The notes: generated by a model from the letters alone, not told the origin. A stretch of 64,000 nucleotides of DNA from Adineta vaga (GCA_021613535.1 CP075492.1:3968001-4032000); one strand, 5' to 3'; numbered from the stretch's first letter, positions 37,847 through 51,177 are shown. Numbers and translations: made by a program.

Positions 37847-38219
37847 TTTGGTTTAGGTTTAGAGAATTGTATCATGAAAATTCTTGCACTTATTCTCTTT
37901 GGAATTATTATCGATAATCAATGTTTATTTTGGTCATCAGCGACATGTGATCGTCGAGGATCATGTTTTTTTGTATAATGAAAATTGACTTCTATTTACA
38001 TTATTCGGTACAGTGATTATTGTCAAAGGAATTTCATTTTATCGGTTGATTATTTTACTTGTTATGACAATAAGACAGTATAGGATACCAAATCGTGCAT
38101 CATCTTCATCTACTGCTACTTCTTCTCGGATTGCATCAATTGCGAGAGAAGAGGATTCTCCAATTTCTATGTACTTACAATCAATCAAACTTCTTCTACT
38201 CTTGAAATCTGTGATTTGA
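37847..38219 (+). pseudogene. Degenerate partial duplicate of the last OATP exon
   Basis: Matches ~36433-36860 (tttggtttaggtttagagaattgtatcatg..., MTIRQYRIPNRASSSS) with deletions and frameshifts. Confidence 0.85.
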
Positions 38220-38656
38220 TTAACGCAGAAGATTTTTTTGTTTCGTGATAGTTCTTTGGGTGTCCATTTGAATTGAGTGTGATGAAAACTCATATATTAT
38301 TTAAATAAAAAGAAATTTCTGCTCAATGAATTGATATGATAATAAGTATTATTTTATCGGATTGGTCACAAGACGATAGTATACTATTTTGACAAATCTT
38401 CGTATATCAAATGAAAAGAAAACATTATTCATTTCACAAAAATAACAAATTACTTTTGAGTATGAATAGAAAAGTTATTAATTATGAGAGAATCAGTTTC
38501 AACAATCGAACCACTTGTGTTCTTGTTATTGTTGCTGATGTTAGTGACGTTGTTGTTATTATTCTTCTTCTTTTTCTTCGTCTTCTTCTTCTTGCTTTCC
38601 AAGTAGATGCTCGAGAAGGAAAAGCAAGGTGCTGGAGAGAAAAGACGCAAGAAGAT

Positions 38657-38664
38657 TGACGTCA
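38657..38664. promoter_or_regulatory. Perfect CRE palindrome TGACGTCA
   Basis: Lies in a CpG-enriched, promoter-like stretch ~300 bp upstream of the ORF at 38973. Function not demonstrated. Confidence 0.3.
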
Positions 38665-38972
38665 GCAAAAACAGAAAGAAAACAGGGCGGTGCGGTGTTC
38701 TCATGCGATTATGAGACAAGAACGAAGAGTTTTCTTCTTGCTCGTCTCTTTCTCTCTCTTCTTTCTCGGCTGCTTCTTCTTTCTGTTGACGACATTCTTC
38801 ATGTCGATGACGTTCTACTAAAAAACATAAGAAATCGCACCACTACTAAAACAGAGAACACATTTGATGACAAGCATCACCAATGGGTAAGTCACATCGA
38901 TTCTAAGATTTTCTATTTATATTTAAACATGTTTACCTATTAGATGATGATCTTATTTAAAATTCGTTAAAA

Positions 38973-39482
38973 ATGACTGAAAGGCGTGAATCAACAGTCG
39001 ATTGTAATTCAACAACATTTGATTATGATAATTATATCTTATCAATGGTTGGTGATGGACAATCAACAGAAAACTCCTCGGCAACTGAAGATAATGTCAA
39101 AACAGATTATCGTTTATCATTACCATCTTCGTCACAAATTCATACATATCGCTTGAATATTAATTCAACAATTAGTGAAAGAAAAAAGAAGTTCTTATCA
39201 CGTATTATAACTATTGTTGCAATATTTCTTCTTGTTGTTTGTATTTTACTTGTTACATTAACACTTCGTCTTGCACATAAAATCGATGAACTTGTCCGTC
39301 TCAAGCAACTTATGCCAAAGCCAAATACATTTCTACTCATATCAACAACAACATCACCGACAGTAGCAACAACGACAACAACAACACCCGCTTCAGCTTC
39401 AGATAGTTTTGTTCATAGACGACGAGTATCGTCATCATCATCATCCTTTTTTACTTCCATCATTAACGAACAATTCTTTTGA
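38973..39482 (+). CDS. Unknown single-pass membrane protein with Thr/Ser-rich C-terminus
   Basis: 169-aa ORF; basic RKKK before the TM IITIVAIFLLVVCILLVTLTL (type II topology); mucin-like tail. Confidence 0.65.
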   Translation: MTERRESTVDCNSTTFDYDNYILSMVGDGQSTENSSATEDNVKTDYRLSLPSSSQIHTYRLNINSTISERKKKFLSRIITIVAIFLLVVCILLVTLTLRLAHKIDELVRLKQLMPKPNTFLLISTTTSPTVATTTTTTPASASDSFVHRRRVSSSSSSFFTSIINEQFF

Positions 39483-39785
39483 GAACAAAAAACACACATA
39501 CACATACTTATTTTTATTGTCCTTGTTTTCTCCTGACATCTTTCTTGTTTTATTTTACTTGTCAATTCTTTACACTAATGGAATTTTTGTTTTATTGATG
39601 CCTTTGCGCAATGCGCATCAGAAAAAATTAATTCTTCTTCGTCTTCTTTTTTCCTTCTTATCACATATCGTTTTGGGTATTATTTCAGGTGATTATTACT
39701 CATTTTGTTTTTCACTATGTCTATTAGATATACAAAACTATCGCATAGGTTAGAGTTAGACTCGAGTTGTACATCTTCAAATAAT

Positions 39786-41146
39786 ATGGCAAGACAATCA
39801 GGAAGTGAAATTGATCAGTTTATTCAACGAACACGAGTAAGAAGAAACAAATAAATTAAATATTTGAATTGAAAATTGAATCTTTTCAATTTTAATTAAA
39901 GCCGACAAATCGTGATTTGATTCGTCGAGATATTGTTCAAGCTACTCAATCCAATGTCAGTACTTTAAAATTAGATATTGCTCCATATTATTATAACAAT
40001 GGAACATCGAGAGATTCACTTCGTCTAGTAGGAACTGTTTTATGTCGTTATCGAGGAAATCAATATAATATTCCAATTGAAATATGGCTTCAACAAGATC
40101 ATCCATTTGTTGCACCAATTGCATGCGTCAAACCAACACCAGATATGCATGTATCAACAGCAAGTGCTGATGTTCGACCAGATGGAACCATCATTATACC
40201 TTATATGAGAAATTGGCGTCATGTAAAAACTTAAATATTTTCACTTTTTTCCGAATTTTTATTTCATTTCTTTTTAGCCAAATAGTGATTTAAGTAATTT
40301 ATTGAATGCTATGTCAGAAGCATTCAGTCAATCTCCTCCGGTATATTCAGCTTCGACTACTGCTACCCGTTCAACACCTTATCCAACATCGGCAACATCA
40401 ATGCCGATGCCACAAGGATACAGCATGCCTACTGGTTCAAATACATCTTATTCATATCCATATGGGTATCCACAACAACAAATTCCCCAAGATATTTATC
40501 GAGAATCTCTTCAAGCAGCTGTTCTCAATAAAGTTAGAACTCGTCTCGATGAAACAATTCAAATAGGTAATGCACAAATTGATTCACTTCGAAAAACTGA
40601 ACAAGATTTAAATAATGGAGAAAAAAAACTTCAAACAATTATTCACGATTTAGAACAACAACAAGTTCAAGCTCAAGTTATTACTTTTTTTTACTTTTTT
40701 TCTCACTTTTTTAATTCTATTCTTCTAGAATTATATGACAAGCATACGAGCAAAAACAAATGCAATGATAGATGCAGGACAAAAAACACCATCATCGAAA
40801 AGAGAAAGTTCAGTTGAAGATGATGCTTTGATCCTATCAGCACCTGTTTACAAACAGTAAATTTCTTTATTTCTTTCTTATCTTTGAAATTCTATTTCGT
40901 TTCTCTTAAAGACTTTTACAAGCTTATGCTGAAGAACATGCCATTCAAGATTTATTATATTATCTTGCTGATGGACTTCGTAAAGAATCAATTGGATTAG
41001 ATATTTACTTAAAAGTATAATAATGCTTTTTTTTACAATAAAATTATCTGTTTTTTTTCTAGCATGTAAGAGAACTCTCTCGAAAGCAATTTATCTTGCG
41101 AGCAACGATGCATCGATGTCGACAAATTATCACTCCATCTATATAA
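39786..41146 (+). CDS. TSG101: ESCRT-I subunit TSG101 (UEV, Pro-rich, coiled coil, steadiness box)
   Basis: GTVLCRYRGNQYNIPIEIWL..HPFVAPIACVKPTPDM; IDSLRKTEQDLNNGEKKL; APVYKQLLQAYAEEHAIQD; LKHVRELSRKQFILRA. Confidence 0.93.
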
Positions 41147-41230
41147 TAGATCATTTTTTTTTGTAATTTATAATAAAATCGATTTGATTTCACTGATATA
41201 AATAACATTTTTCAAAGCAAGAAAATGATA

Positions 41231-41265
41231 AATCTTAAATCTTACATCTTAAATCTTAAGTCTTA
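41231..41265 (+). repeat. Short tandem repeat, 5 x AATCTTA (imperfect)
   Basis: aatctta aatctta catctta aatctta agtctta. Confidence 0.7.
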
Positions 41266-41452
41266 AATAAAGAAATAACTGAAATACGGTTGGTTACCGA
41301 TACTATTCACGTGTATAAATAACATTGATGATTAATAGCTTCAATAACAAATAAGAATAAAAATTATTATTGACTTTTAACGATGAACAAGCGTGTGTAG
41401 CGACGCGTGTCAATTACATATTAGGTCATTACTCTTGATGATAAAGGCACAG

Positions 41453-42150
41453 ATGGCAAATAAAGTAAAAAACAACAGACAAATCGATATATTGCCTTTG
41501 GTAGATAATGATAATAAAGTTGAATATTCGACGGTAATGATATGAAGTAATAATTTGAATTTTTATATTTTGACTTGCAATTATTTCTTTAGCCACCAGT
41601 AAAATCGAAGAATGTATCGCCAAATGTTAATACTGCTGATGGTCTCTATTTCAAATCTAATGATGAATTGGATGCCGAAACTGAAGATCATCTAACACTA
41701 TTATATAGACAAGGTATTGAACAACAAGCAAAGGAAGTTATGGAAGATGCGGAAAAAAAACCAATGTGTGAAATATTTGAAATTGTTGAAAATACTGAAT
41801 TAAATGAAAATGTTCCTGGGGTCAATATGAGCTTTCTTGATCGATTATTTCATCAGTTAACTCGAAAACCACCTTCTGAATCGGACTATTACAGTGATGA
41901 TGTTTTTGAAGATATCAACCAGCGTGAAATAACTACAGTGTGCAATAATTATAGTACAGACAGTGATGAAACGAAATCAAACAATGAATCATCATTTATG
42001 AATAGTCTTCGTTCATTTTTTGATGATTTATCTGAAGAAACAGATGTCATTCGAGGAGTAATTGATGATGATTCTCTTTTTAATCGACGAAGTCGTCGAG
42101 CACATTCTATTAGTTCATCAACACGCAGTGAACAAATTACATCTTTTTAA
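41453..42150 (+). CDS. Unknown acidic, probably disordered protein; 2 exons
   Basis: ATG 41453, donor acg|gtaatg, acceptor tttag at 41592 in frame with ORF 41668..42150. Confidence 0.6.
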
Positions 42151-42462
42151 TATCGTATTCTTTTTCTTCAAATAAATTTTAATTTATATCGTCAAACTTT
42201 ATTATGATCATACGTTTCTGAAGAGTCTATTTTGTATAAAGATCGACATGTATCTTATATGATCTTCTTCCTATAGTTAAAATATACTTGTAAATGTCAT
42301 ATATATCCTGTGGAACAAATAATCACGTTTTGTGCGAAGTCTCTATTCTATAATTCTCAGAAAAGAAAAGCTTTTTTCTTGATCGTTTCATTGTAAAATA
42401 TGTTAATCTAAAAATGTATTTTATTTTGATAGGATATCAATTTGAAATTAAGTAAAATAAAA

Positions 42463-44031
42463 TTAGAGATAAGTATAATACGAAATCGGTGATGCAGATT
42501 CAATACTACTTGTTGATGCAGAATATGTCTGTTCTCTTTGTGATTCAGTACTAAAAATATCATGAGCTAGTTCCGAAATTGTTGCAATTTTCTTTTCTGA
42601 TCTTGTTGATGAACGAATAGATCGTCGAGCAAGAAATTGAATTTGTGTATCAAAATTAAGATGCCAACTAAAATAATGATGTCGTCGTAATAACCAAAAT
42701 CCATGTCCAACTGCTGATAGAACCAGAAGAAAACAAAAAAGTGTAATTGAAGTTAAAAACCATCCAACATTCTTTTGATTTGTAAAATAAAATGGACGCT
42801 TCGTTGTTGTTTTAGTTTTGAATGTAATTGTGGTTGAATCGTATATAAAATGTTCTTCATTCGTTTGATATTCATCATTCGTTGTTAATGTGTTCATAGA
42901 ACCAGAACCTTCACTACTTAATGTCATAAAATCATCTTCTGAAGTTGATCGACGAACCATAGTATCAGGTCGCGGTGTTGGAACTAGAAAATATCAATAG
43001 TTTATCAATTGATTTTATTTCGACATATCTACCTCGACGATTTTTTGGACAAGGTCCTTTCCAATTTACATTTAAATTAGATAGATAAAGACTATCTGTT
43101 TGTGGATTACGAAATAAAATTCGTGTTTCAATTGATAACTAAAATATCAATTAGAAATTGAGGAAGAAATCAAAGGAATTTGATTCTTACATTTTTTATT
43201 TTCGATCGTAATGAGTGTTCTATGCGTAACGTTTTATTCGTTAATTGAATTCTTTGTGAAGGATTATCTTTGTGTTTATCTTCAACAATCCATAACTGAC
43301 CGACTACAAAAGACAAATCTTGTAAGAATGAAAAATATTAACGAATCGATTTCTTCTACCTGGTTGACCACGTATACGTAGAGTAAATGAAAGACAACCA
43401 CTGTTACTTGTTGCTAATGTTCCATTGTACTTCAATATAACAGAACACATTTGACGAAAACATTGTGGGTTAGATGTTAGCGTGTAAGTTACACCATTCC
43501 ACGAAGAATCTATTGAACTCAAAGATAAAGTTTTAGAATTGTTTAAAAATAAGTTAAACATATTCAATTACCGCTAGCTAGTTTCCAGAATAATACAGAT
43601 GAAGTAGGATCTCGTCTATGACTTTGATTAACGTTGAACCATTGTTCATCTAATATTATATTAGTTCCTTCAGATGATGTCATAAAGTCAAGGTCATTTG
43701 TTGATATAAAAGGAGAAAATGACCATGTTTGACCTTCATCTGTAACGTTCGCTGAAAAAATATCAGGTAGAATTGTTGCAGCAGTTATTCCATCAAGATC
43801 GATTTGATTTGAAAAAGGATTTTTTGATGTTTCCATGATATTGGTTCGATCGTTTTCATTTCTCGTTCGAGTTATTAAACTCAAATCACTCGTTACTGAT
43901 GCATCTTCATTGGATATTACTTCTTCGTCCATATACTGAGCTGAATAAAGTAAATTTAGTTTATCTTACTCATATACAGACTGTAAATTACCTTGAACAG
44001 TAAATAAAATCGAAAAGATGATGATCTTCAT
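42463..44031 (-). CDS. Unknown type I membrane protein (signal peptide, Ser/Thr-rich and Cys-containing ectodomain, TM, tail ending SYYTYL)
   Basis: MKIIIFSILFTVQ|AQY start; ORFs 43564..43932, 43304..43567 and 42463..42960 joined by short GT-AG introns; TM VGWFLTSITLFCFLLVLSAVGHGFWLL. Confidence 0.65.
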
Positions 44032-44248
44032 TGCTCTATCAGTTATGTAGTGTTCACTCATTTTCATTCTTTTTTCAACATAGAGTACTCATTAAAACAA
44101 CTGTTTCAATCAATCATTTGTTTCTAAGACAAACAATGACCTTGTTTAAAAAGAAGAAACATATGCTTGCTACAATACATATTAGAAAAAGAGAATTGAT
44201 ACAGACACGAGAAGAAAAAAAACGTAAAGTCTCGTCTTTTTTTTTAAT

Positions 44249-44674
44249 TCATGGACTCCATTCAAGTAAGCCAACACCTTGTCCATCGAGAAATGAATTT
44301 GTTAATATACGAATCCAATCAACTAACCACCAAATACCAAGTCCACCAAGTGTTAATAATTTGAAAACACCTGCAACAATATAACCAGCACTACCAACAC
44401 TTAAATAAAACCAATCAGCACCTAATCCACCTAAGAAGAAGGATAGAAGAAAGGCTGCTAATTTGGATTTTTGTTGATAAGTACATTGATTAGATCCATC
44501 TCGTCCCAGTGCCCAACCACGATTGCATACACATACAGCAGGAGTTGCATTCGTATTGCATATACCTTGAACACAATCAATATGTGTTATACATGGAGTA
44601 GATGCACGAGCTGTTATATTTTGTGCTGTTGTTATCGATAAAGTCAGTGAAAAAAGTACGATGATTGTCAGCAT
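44249..44674 (-). CDS. TM2-domain protein with signal peptide and EGF-like Cys domain, intronless
   Basis: CITHIDCVQGICNTNATPAVCVCNRGW..C; KSKLAAFLLSFFLGGLGADWFYL..KLLTLGGLGIWWLVDWIRIL..DGQG. Confidence 0.88.
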   Translation of the reverse strand: MLTIIVLFSLTLSITTAQNITARASTPCITHIDCVQGICNTNATPAVCVCNRGWALGRDGSNQCTYQQKSKLAAFLLSFFLGGLGADWFYLSVGSAGYIVAGVFKLLTLGGLGIWWLVDWIRILTNSFLDGQGVGLLEWSP

Positions 44675-45929
44675 CTTTTACAAAGATTTATTCGTGTCGT
44701 TTTTGTCTATTACGAATGAAAAAATGATGATTTGATTGAGTATCCATGTATCTTCTATCTATTTGAACAAATACATTTTCATTCGGTAAATATTAGTAGT
44801 TGTCACATTTGAATAACAACCACTGATCAAATAATGAGTTAATTTCTTTCTTATAGACTGTATTGTATTCAATCGAATGATATTATTTAATTCATCGAAA
44901 AACTAAATATTGATTTTATCAAAGTAGAAGAACAACAGTTCCATGTTAAACTTGAAAGATAATATCATTTACTTTTTGACTTTGATTCTATAAAAGGAAA
45001 AAAATGCAACCTTCAATAATGAAGCAGTCACATTACTTTTAAGGAATTTACAATCAAGATAACTATATACATATGCATACAACATCTGTCAAAAATAAGT
45101 GGTAAAAACATTTTATAGGTATCTTTTTTCTATTTCTGTACCTATTTCGATTACACATATGAAAGTAAAAAGACTGAAAAAAAGTCGGGTAAGATCGTAC
45201 AATCTGTCTCAAAGAAAAAGTATCAATAGACAAAAATAGATTAACTTAAACTATCAATCAATAATCAATGAAGTTTATATTTTTTCGTTTATATCAATAG
45301 TTTTCTAATCAAATTAGAGCATTTATAAACAAGATTTATGTATATTCATTTAATCATTATACAGACAATCATTATAACCCTTGTACGCCCAGGCCTTTTT
45401 TCACTCTATTTGTATGCGACAGGACTAGATAAAATGACTCACTTCGGTCATGCGAGGGCTTCTTTAAGTCCATAGTACTAGACCAAACGATAATATTTCA
45501 ATTACAGTTCTTATCATTAAATAAAAATGTTAAACGATGTATTTTGTCTGTTTTTCATTTATTTCCAAAATTGCAAAGTAACGATAATGATTCAATACCA
45601 AATGTATTGTATAGTTATTAAATGTTTCATTTTCTTATTACGTAAATTATTTTTGTTTTTTTTTGTAATTAGATTAACAGTATTTGAACATTTTAACCTT
45701 CCGATTGTTTTCAAAGTCACAGAGGAAAATGGCGAGTCAATGTCATCCTTTATTTCTATACCAAAACACGTTTTGTTGAAATCTCAGAGAACTATAGTGT
45801 TAGAAAGATGTGTATAGTGGAAGGAAGGATGGTGAGGATAAATATATATTTCTGTTAATCAGTTTTTAATATAAGTTTCTGTCAGTTGTCTTTCAATTTC
45901 TATTTTGCTTGTTAGATACAACGTCATTT

Positions 45930-46025
45930 TGGCCTCCGGGACCGGAAGGAAACGCCCAGAAAAGCCGGATTTTTCCACAAGATCTCACAAGTTCCACAGC
46001 GTTTTCATTGGTTCAGTCCGGACAA
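45930..46025. mobile_element. GC-rich MITE-like remnant
   Basis: CCGG-rich island in ~30% GC background, resembling the interior of 51287-51427. No termini found. Confidence 0.3.
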
Positions 46026-46306
46026 ACACACGAAGTTAAAAGTTTATTAATTGAATTGATTTGAACTTGCGCTCGTTTTATTGTGTCAGCTCTACTATGA
46101 TATTCGATATAAAAGTGTGAAGTATGAGAAATGGGCAAACTGGCTTGTCACTTCTATTATATATTCCTTTTGTGTTATTCAAAGTTCTATCAAATGTAAA
46201 AATCATCTGGAACAATATCAGATTATTATTAATACTTTCCAAAATGGAAAATCTCTATAGTTTCTTTATTTTTATATAATATGAATTCGTAAAAGAGAAG
46301 TTTTTA

Positions 46307-46840
46307 TTACAATTGAATAGGTTTTTGATCAATACCTCCATTGTTACGATAGAATTCATTTTTGACATGTCCAATTCGAACATGTGATCGATCGATAACA
46401 TCAACGGGTTGATTATGTCGACGACCGTATATAGATGATGATCGAGTTGGATACGTTTTTTCATCTTCCTACACAATGAACAAAGCAACTAATTATTTGT
46501 AATTTTCGAAAAATAAATTTTCAAACTTCTTTTGATTGATTTAATCCGATAAATTTCGAGTGTTGTCGATCATCACGATGTGCTTTAGGATTGAAATCAT
46601 ACTGTATGTGAAAGATTTGATCATAAATGGAAGAAGGTTTTGTCTAATAAAAAGAATTGTTTAATTATTTCTTCAATATATGATTACTTCTTTCGTTGCA
46701 TTAAAATAACTTCTTTCTTTGGGATGATATCGTCTTGGTGGAACAAATGATGTTGCCGATAATTCACATGTATATCCATGTAAATCGTATGTATTATGAG
46801 GTGTTTCAACGTGAATATGTTTGGACGGCTTGGAAGACAT
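46307..46840 (-). CDS. CFAP90: Cilia- and flagella-associated protein 90 (C5orf49 family); 3 exons
   Basis: Spliced: MSSKPSK..SATSFVPPRRYHPKERSYF..|..SIYDQIF..PKAHRDDRQHSKFIGLN..|EDEKTYPTRSSSIYGRRHNQP..VKNEFYRNNG. Matches remembered C5orf49 motifs (SYIPPRR, LHRDDREH, SSVYGKR, DFYR). Confidence 0.85.
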
Positions 46841-47238
46841 TTTTTTGAAATAATTTCAAATGTTATTTTTTTACCTTTGATCTTTGATGAAGTGTTGCTT
46901 AGAAACGACACCTATGGTGAAGTATATGATTGTAACAGTTTTATCAATGATTATTTTTTAATGTGTTTACTGTTACACACAAAAAAATCAAAAGATGCGT
47001 ATATCCATTGTGAATAACTTTAACAGACTACTTATCGTTTCATCTTTGTTTTTTCTTTCGTTCAATAGAATATTTATTAATTTCAAAAACAAACAATGAG
47101 AGTTTGACAAAAACTTCCTAGTATCTATCTTTATATAAAATACAGTATAGAAATTTATTGTTGATCCCAACCATGAAGTTCATGAATATGCATAAGGAAT
47201 CATTTATTTAATCACAAAAGTTAAAGAAATTTCTTTTT

Positions 47239-47580
47239 TTATCGTAAAAATGCTAGCCAAAATGCCATAACAGCACATGAGATTGCAACAAAAACAGACA
47301 ATCGAGTACCAATAATTGATGCTAAAAAAATAAGACAAATTCTTATCAAGTTTCATTCAAATAACAAAATAAACCTTTATAAAAAATTCCAGCAAATCCT
47401 TTCTTTTCAGTAAAAAACCATTCACGTAGTTTTGGTACTCGACGCATATAACCACATGTGCATATTGTCAATAATACAAAGACAATGATACCATCAAATG
47501 AATATGCTAATTAGAAGAGAAAAAAACAAACAAATCATTTTCAAAGGTTTTCTCTTCTGTCAAAACTTACCATTCACCAT
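47239..47580 (-). CDS. TMEM167B: Protein kish-B; 3 exons
   Basis: Spliced: [74 protein letters not shown]. Confidence 0.9.
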
Positions 47581-48507
47581 ATTTGTTTAATTTTTGTTAG
47601 AATAATTCTATCTGAAAGAAAATGAAGATGAACATGTTTATTTCTTCAAAATAATAAATCAGCGGAGATTGAAATGATGTATCTGTAAATGACATTATCA
47701 AATGATAAAACAAAATTCATAAATAGACTGGTGGTTTTCTCCAAATTATATGAAAAAGCGTTTTGCATGAATAAAGCTGTCACTACTGAATTGAATCGGC
47801 TAGTACAATCAATCGTTCGAACGAAATAAAGTATTTATTTTCACAAAGTTCTTGATCAGTTCGTATGATTTTAAACAATTCTTCATCAAAGATAATCAAT
47901 ATCAACACTTACTCTTATAGAAATAACTATATTTGACTTTACTTTATTTTATACTTGATGATGACGATCATAATGATTTTGATCAACAACAAACGAGAAT
48001 AGAGGTAGTAGATGGCGCTGTATGTCAGCTGATTTATTTATTGAGAAAAAAAGAAATGCATAGCATGAATCTCATAGTATCAACTTTGGGTATTTGTAAA
48101 AGACGCAAAAAAAGATCCATATATATGTTCACCAACAGACAGAGCCACTCAAGTTATACATGTATGTATAAAGAATATAAAAGGAAAAATAGAAGGGACT
48201 CGCAACGAATTATCTGCAAAATTCAATTGTAACTGCAGCAAAACGAGAAAATACATCCCTTCTGTTTTCCTTCAATAAGCATAAAAAACCTCCATATTTT
48301 ATAATACAAACTTAATTAGATATGCGTTATCGATTGGAATAAAAATATATGCGACTTCTTATCGTGTCTTTTCGAAATACTCAGGATTTTCTAGGATTTG
48401 AAATTCATGTTTTCGTTCTTAAGTTGACATCAAACTGACTCATGCAACTAATCTATTTATTTCAGAGTAATTATATACAACATGTTCTATAGACGATGAA
48501 AAGCTTT

Positions 48508-49810
48508 TACCACCATAAATATTGATCAAGTAAATTTCAATTTCTTGATATGTCGAATTTTGACAAATCTCAATATGTTTGTGTTTGATATGATTTCTAT
48601 TTACTACTTTTTGAAAAATATCACTTGTTTTAATGAATTCTAAATTTGTTTTATTAAAACATATGAATCCATAAATGCATTTGATAATCGAAGAGAATTT
48701 ATTTGATGTCGATTTGGTAAAATAATTTTCTTATAATACAATTGAAAGTCTGTTTTTGTCGTCGGCAGAATATTGGCTTTAAATGGAATATGTGAACGGT
48801 TTAGTAGTTTAAATATGAGTTATATCAAGAGAATCAAATATATCATAGATAATTTCATTAGATAAATCTTCCAAAATAGTTCTAAATGAGAAAAAGACAA
48901 AAGTCTTGACAAAAAAAAATAAAAAATAGACATTTTCAGCTGCAATACTATAATGAGTCTCTATTAGATCTTGCCAATACAGCTTTAAAGAAACAGATAT
49001 CAAATATTCTAATGGAATGATTGCTCTTTATTTATCCCATTTGCTTTATGGTAAGAACTATGAGGATAATCAATTGATAAACGACGAAATTCTAGAAAAG
49101 AAAACAATCAATTCTTAAATGTTTCAACATGAAAATGAGTATTTTTCGCAAGATATTCGATCGAACTGAGACCATACTCAGTAAAATAAATAAGTTTTGG
49201 ACTAAATTCATTTGTTTCGATACATGTAATTTTGAAATATTTGACTAAAAAGAAGATTTTGCGATGTTCGAGTTTTTCAGTAAAACTAAGAGTTAATGAA
49301 TGTAATTTAAATAAATGTATTAAATAAGTAGAAATATTTTAAAATGATTTGTAGGCAATATTGTCAAGAACTAATGATTCAATCTGAGAAAATTGCATAA
49401 TTAAACATGATGGTGAAAAAACAATATCAACCATAAATGCATTTGATAATCGAAGAGAATTTATTTGATGTCGATTTGGTAAAATAATTTTCTTATAATA
49501 CAATTGAAAGTCTGTTTTTGTCGTCGGCAGAATATTGGCTTTAAATGGAGTATGTGAACGGTTTAGTAGTTTAAATATGAGTTATATCAAGAGAATCAAA
49601 TATATCATAGATAATTTCATTAGATAAATCTTCCAAAATAGTTCTAAATGAGAAAAAGACAAGAGTCTTGACAAAACAAAATAAAAAATTGACATTTTCA
49701 GCTGCAATACTATAATGAGTCTCTATTAGATCTTGCCAATACAGCTTTAAAGAACGATATTGATCGATCGATCGATTAATTATCTCTTTGATTTATTTCT
49801 CTCGTCATGT
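48508..49810 (-). pseudogene. Collapsed, internally duplicated F-box/LRR gene relic
   Basis: TILEDLSNEIIYDIFDSLD occurs twice; segments parallel 53100..55040; terminal ..YLWW* near 48508; large deletions and frameshifts. Confidence 0.8.
48669..49754. repeat. ~325-bp direct repeat (48669-48992 and 49431-49754)
   Basis: Near-identical from ccataaatgcatttgataatcg to acagctttaaagaa; offset 762 bp. Confidence 0.88.
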
Positions 49811-49952
49811 ATTCTTCGAACTGTGAAACATTCGTTAGATGGTAATGATGTCTACCTTTTCTTTAATATTTTCTAATGAAATATTTTTATATTAAAAGCA
49901 CAGGTACAGAAAAATTCTTTAAAAACAATTGTACTAGAACAATTTCAGCTAT

Positions 49953-50633
49953 TCAAGATCTTTTACATCTTGATTTGCATTTTGGTACATATCGAAATGC
50001 GTTGATCCAATTATTATTTGTATGTCTTAAGATTAACAAAATATTATAAATTTCATGAAATGCTAATGTTTTACTTGATGATGAATGAAATCTAAACAAA
50101 GAATATTTATTATACATGAAAACGAATTGATAACTTACGTGAGATATTTGACTAGGGGTAGTTTTTCATGACGAATATCTTGACGAACAGCTTTTTGATA
50201 TGTTAATGGTTCTTTGTTTTCATCATCATAAATTCCACCAACAATATAAACAGCATTATGATCGAAATGAGTCATTTCATTTGGTGAATCAGGTGTTAAA
50301 TAAACTAAACGATCTTTATCAAATAAATCAATATATTGATCTCTTGTGGCATGAAAATAAGTTGAATGTTCATGTGGTAATGGACGGTGTGCTGTTTGTG
50401 GATTATGAGATAGATCACTAATGATAATGTAAGCTAGCGCATGGAAATGATGGAGATTTTTAAAACAACGAAAAACTCTTTGAACAAGTGCAGAAAAGTA
50501 TGAATGACGAACATGAGCATATTCAAATCCACCATCAACAACAAAGAAATCTTCTAATCGAGCAGCTCTTGCTAATGCATAAAGATCGAGCCAACGTTCT
50601 GGATTATATTTTGTTTCTAATAGTGCATGTATT
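49953..50633 (-). pseudogene. 5'-truncated diverged copy of TRMT10C (corresponds to ~16430-17088)
   Basis: Colinear exons, retained but diverged intron, abrupt loss of similarity above 50633. Confidence 0.9.
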
Positions 50634-50844
50634 TATTAATAAATAATTAATAATAAAAAATGTTCTTTCTGCATGTACGTATATGAATGAACTGGAAAAA
50701 AAAACAAATGTGTTTATTTTCTATAAGGACGTTGTTCTCACTTTGTGAGAAATAAATATAAAGAGTTCTGTAAAGGGAAATCAAGTTTTTAACTGCATTA
50801 TATATCATAATTTTCACATATAAAATATTTTTTCTATTTAGAAT

Positions 50845-51177
50845 ATGCAAGGAGGCGTTCCAACTGCACCACCACTAGCAGTATTCCATCAAACAACGAT
50901 TACATCTCTTAACTCTACAATTACAACGTTACGAGTAGAACTAAATCAAGTATCAGCTGACAGAGATCGTCTTCAGAACGAGAACGATCAACTTCGACAA
51001 GAAGTAAAAGGGTTAAAACTCGATCAAAAATTAGTTCAAATAAAATTGAAGGATAATGATAAACCACCACAGCAAAGCAACAGTAAATTTATTTACATTA
51101 ACTATATCAGAGAAACATACGTTAAACACTTTTATGAACTGCAGAAAAACTTTTTTGTATCATATTCACTTCTCTAA
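50845..51177 (+). other. Orphan coiled-coil exon-like fragment
   Basis: Heptad-like LRVELNQVSADRDRLQNENDQLRQEVKGLKL preceded by a tttag acceptor. No complete gene evident. Confidence 0.35.

Noticed and set aside
38411-38943. Overlapping ORFs with poly-L/K/N runs
   Set aside because: Products of CTT/GTT microsatellite-like promoter or UTR sequence.
39600-39620. TGCGCAATGCGCA as an NRF1 site upstream of TSG101
   Set aside because: One base longer than the consensus spacing; not supportable from sequence alone.
45378-45458. piggyBac-like mini element (CCCTT...AGGG)
   Set aside because: Only about 9 of 13 terminal bases pair and TTAA target duplications are absent.
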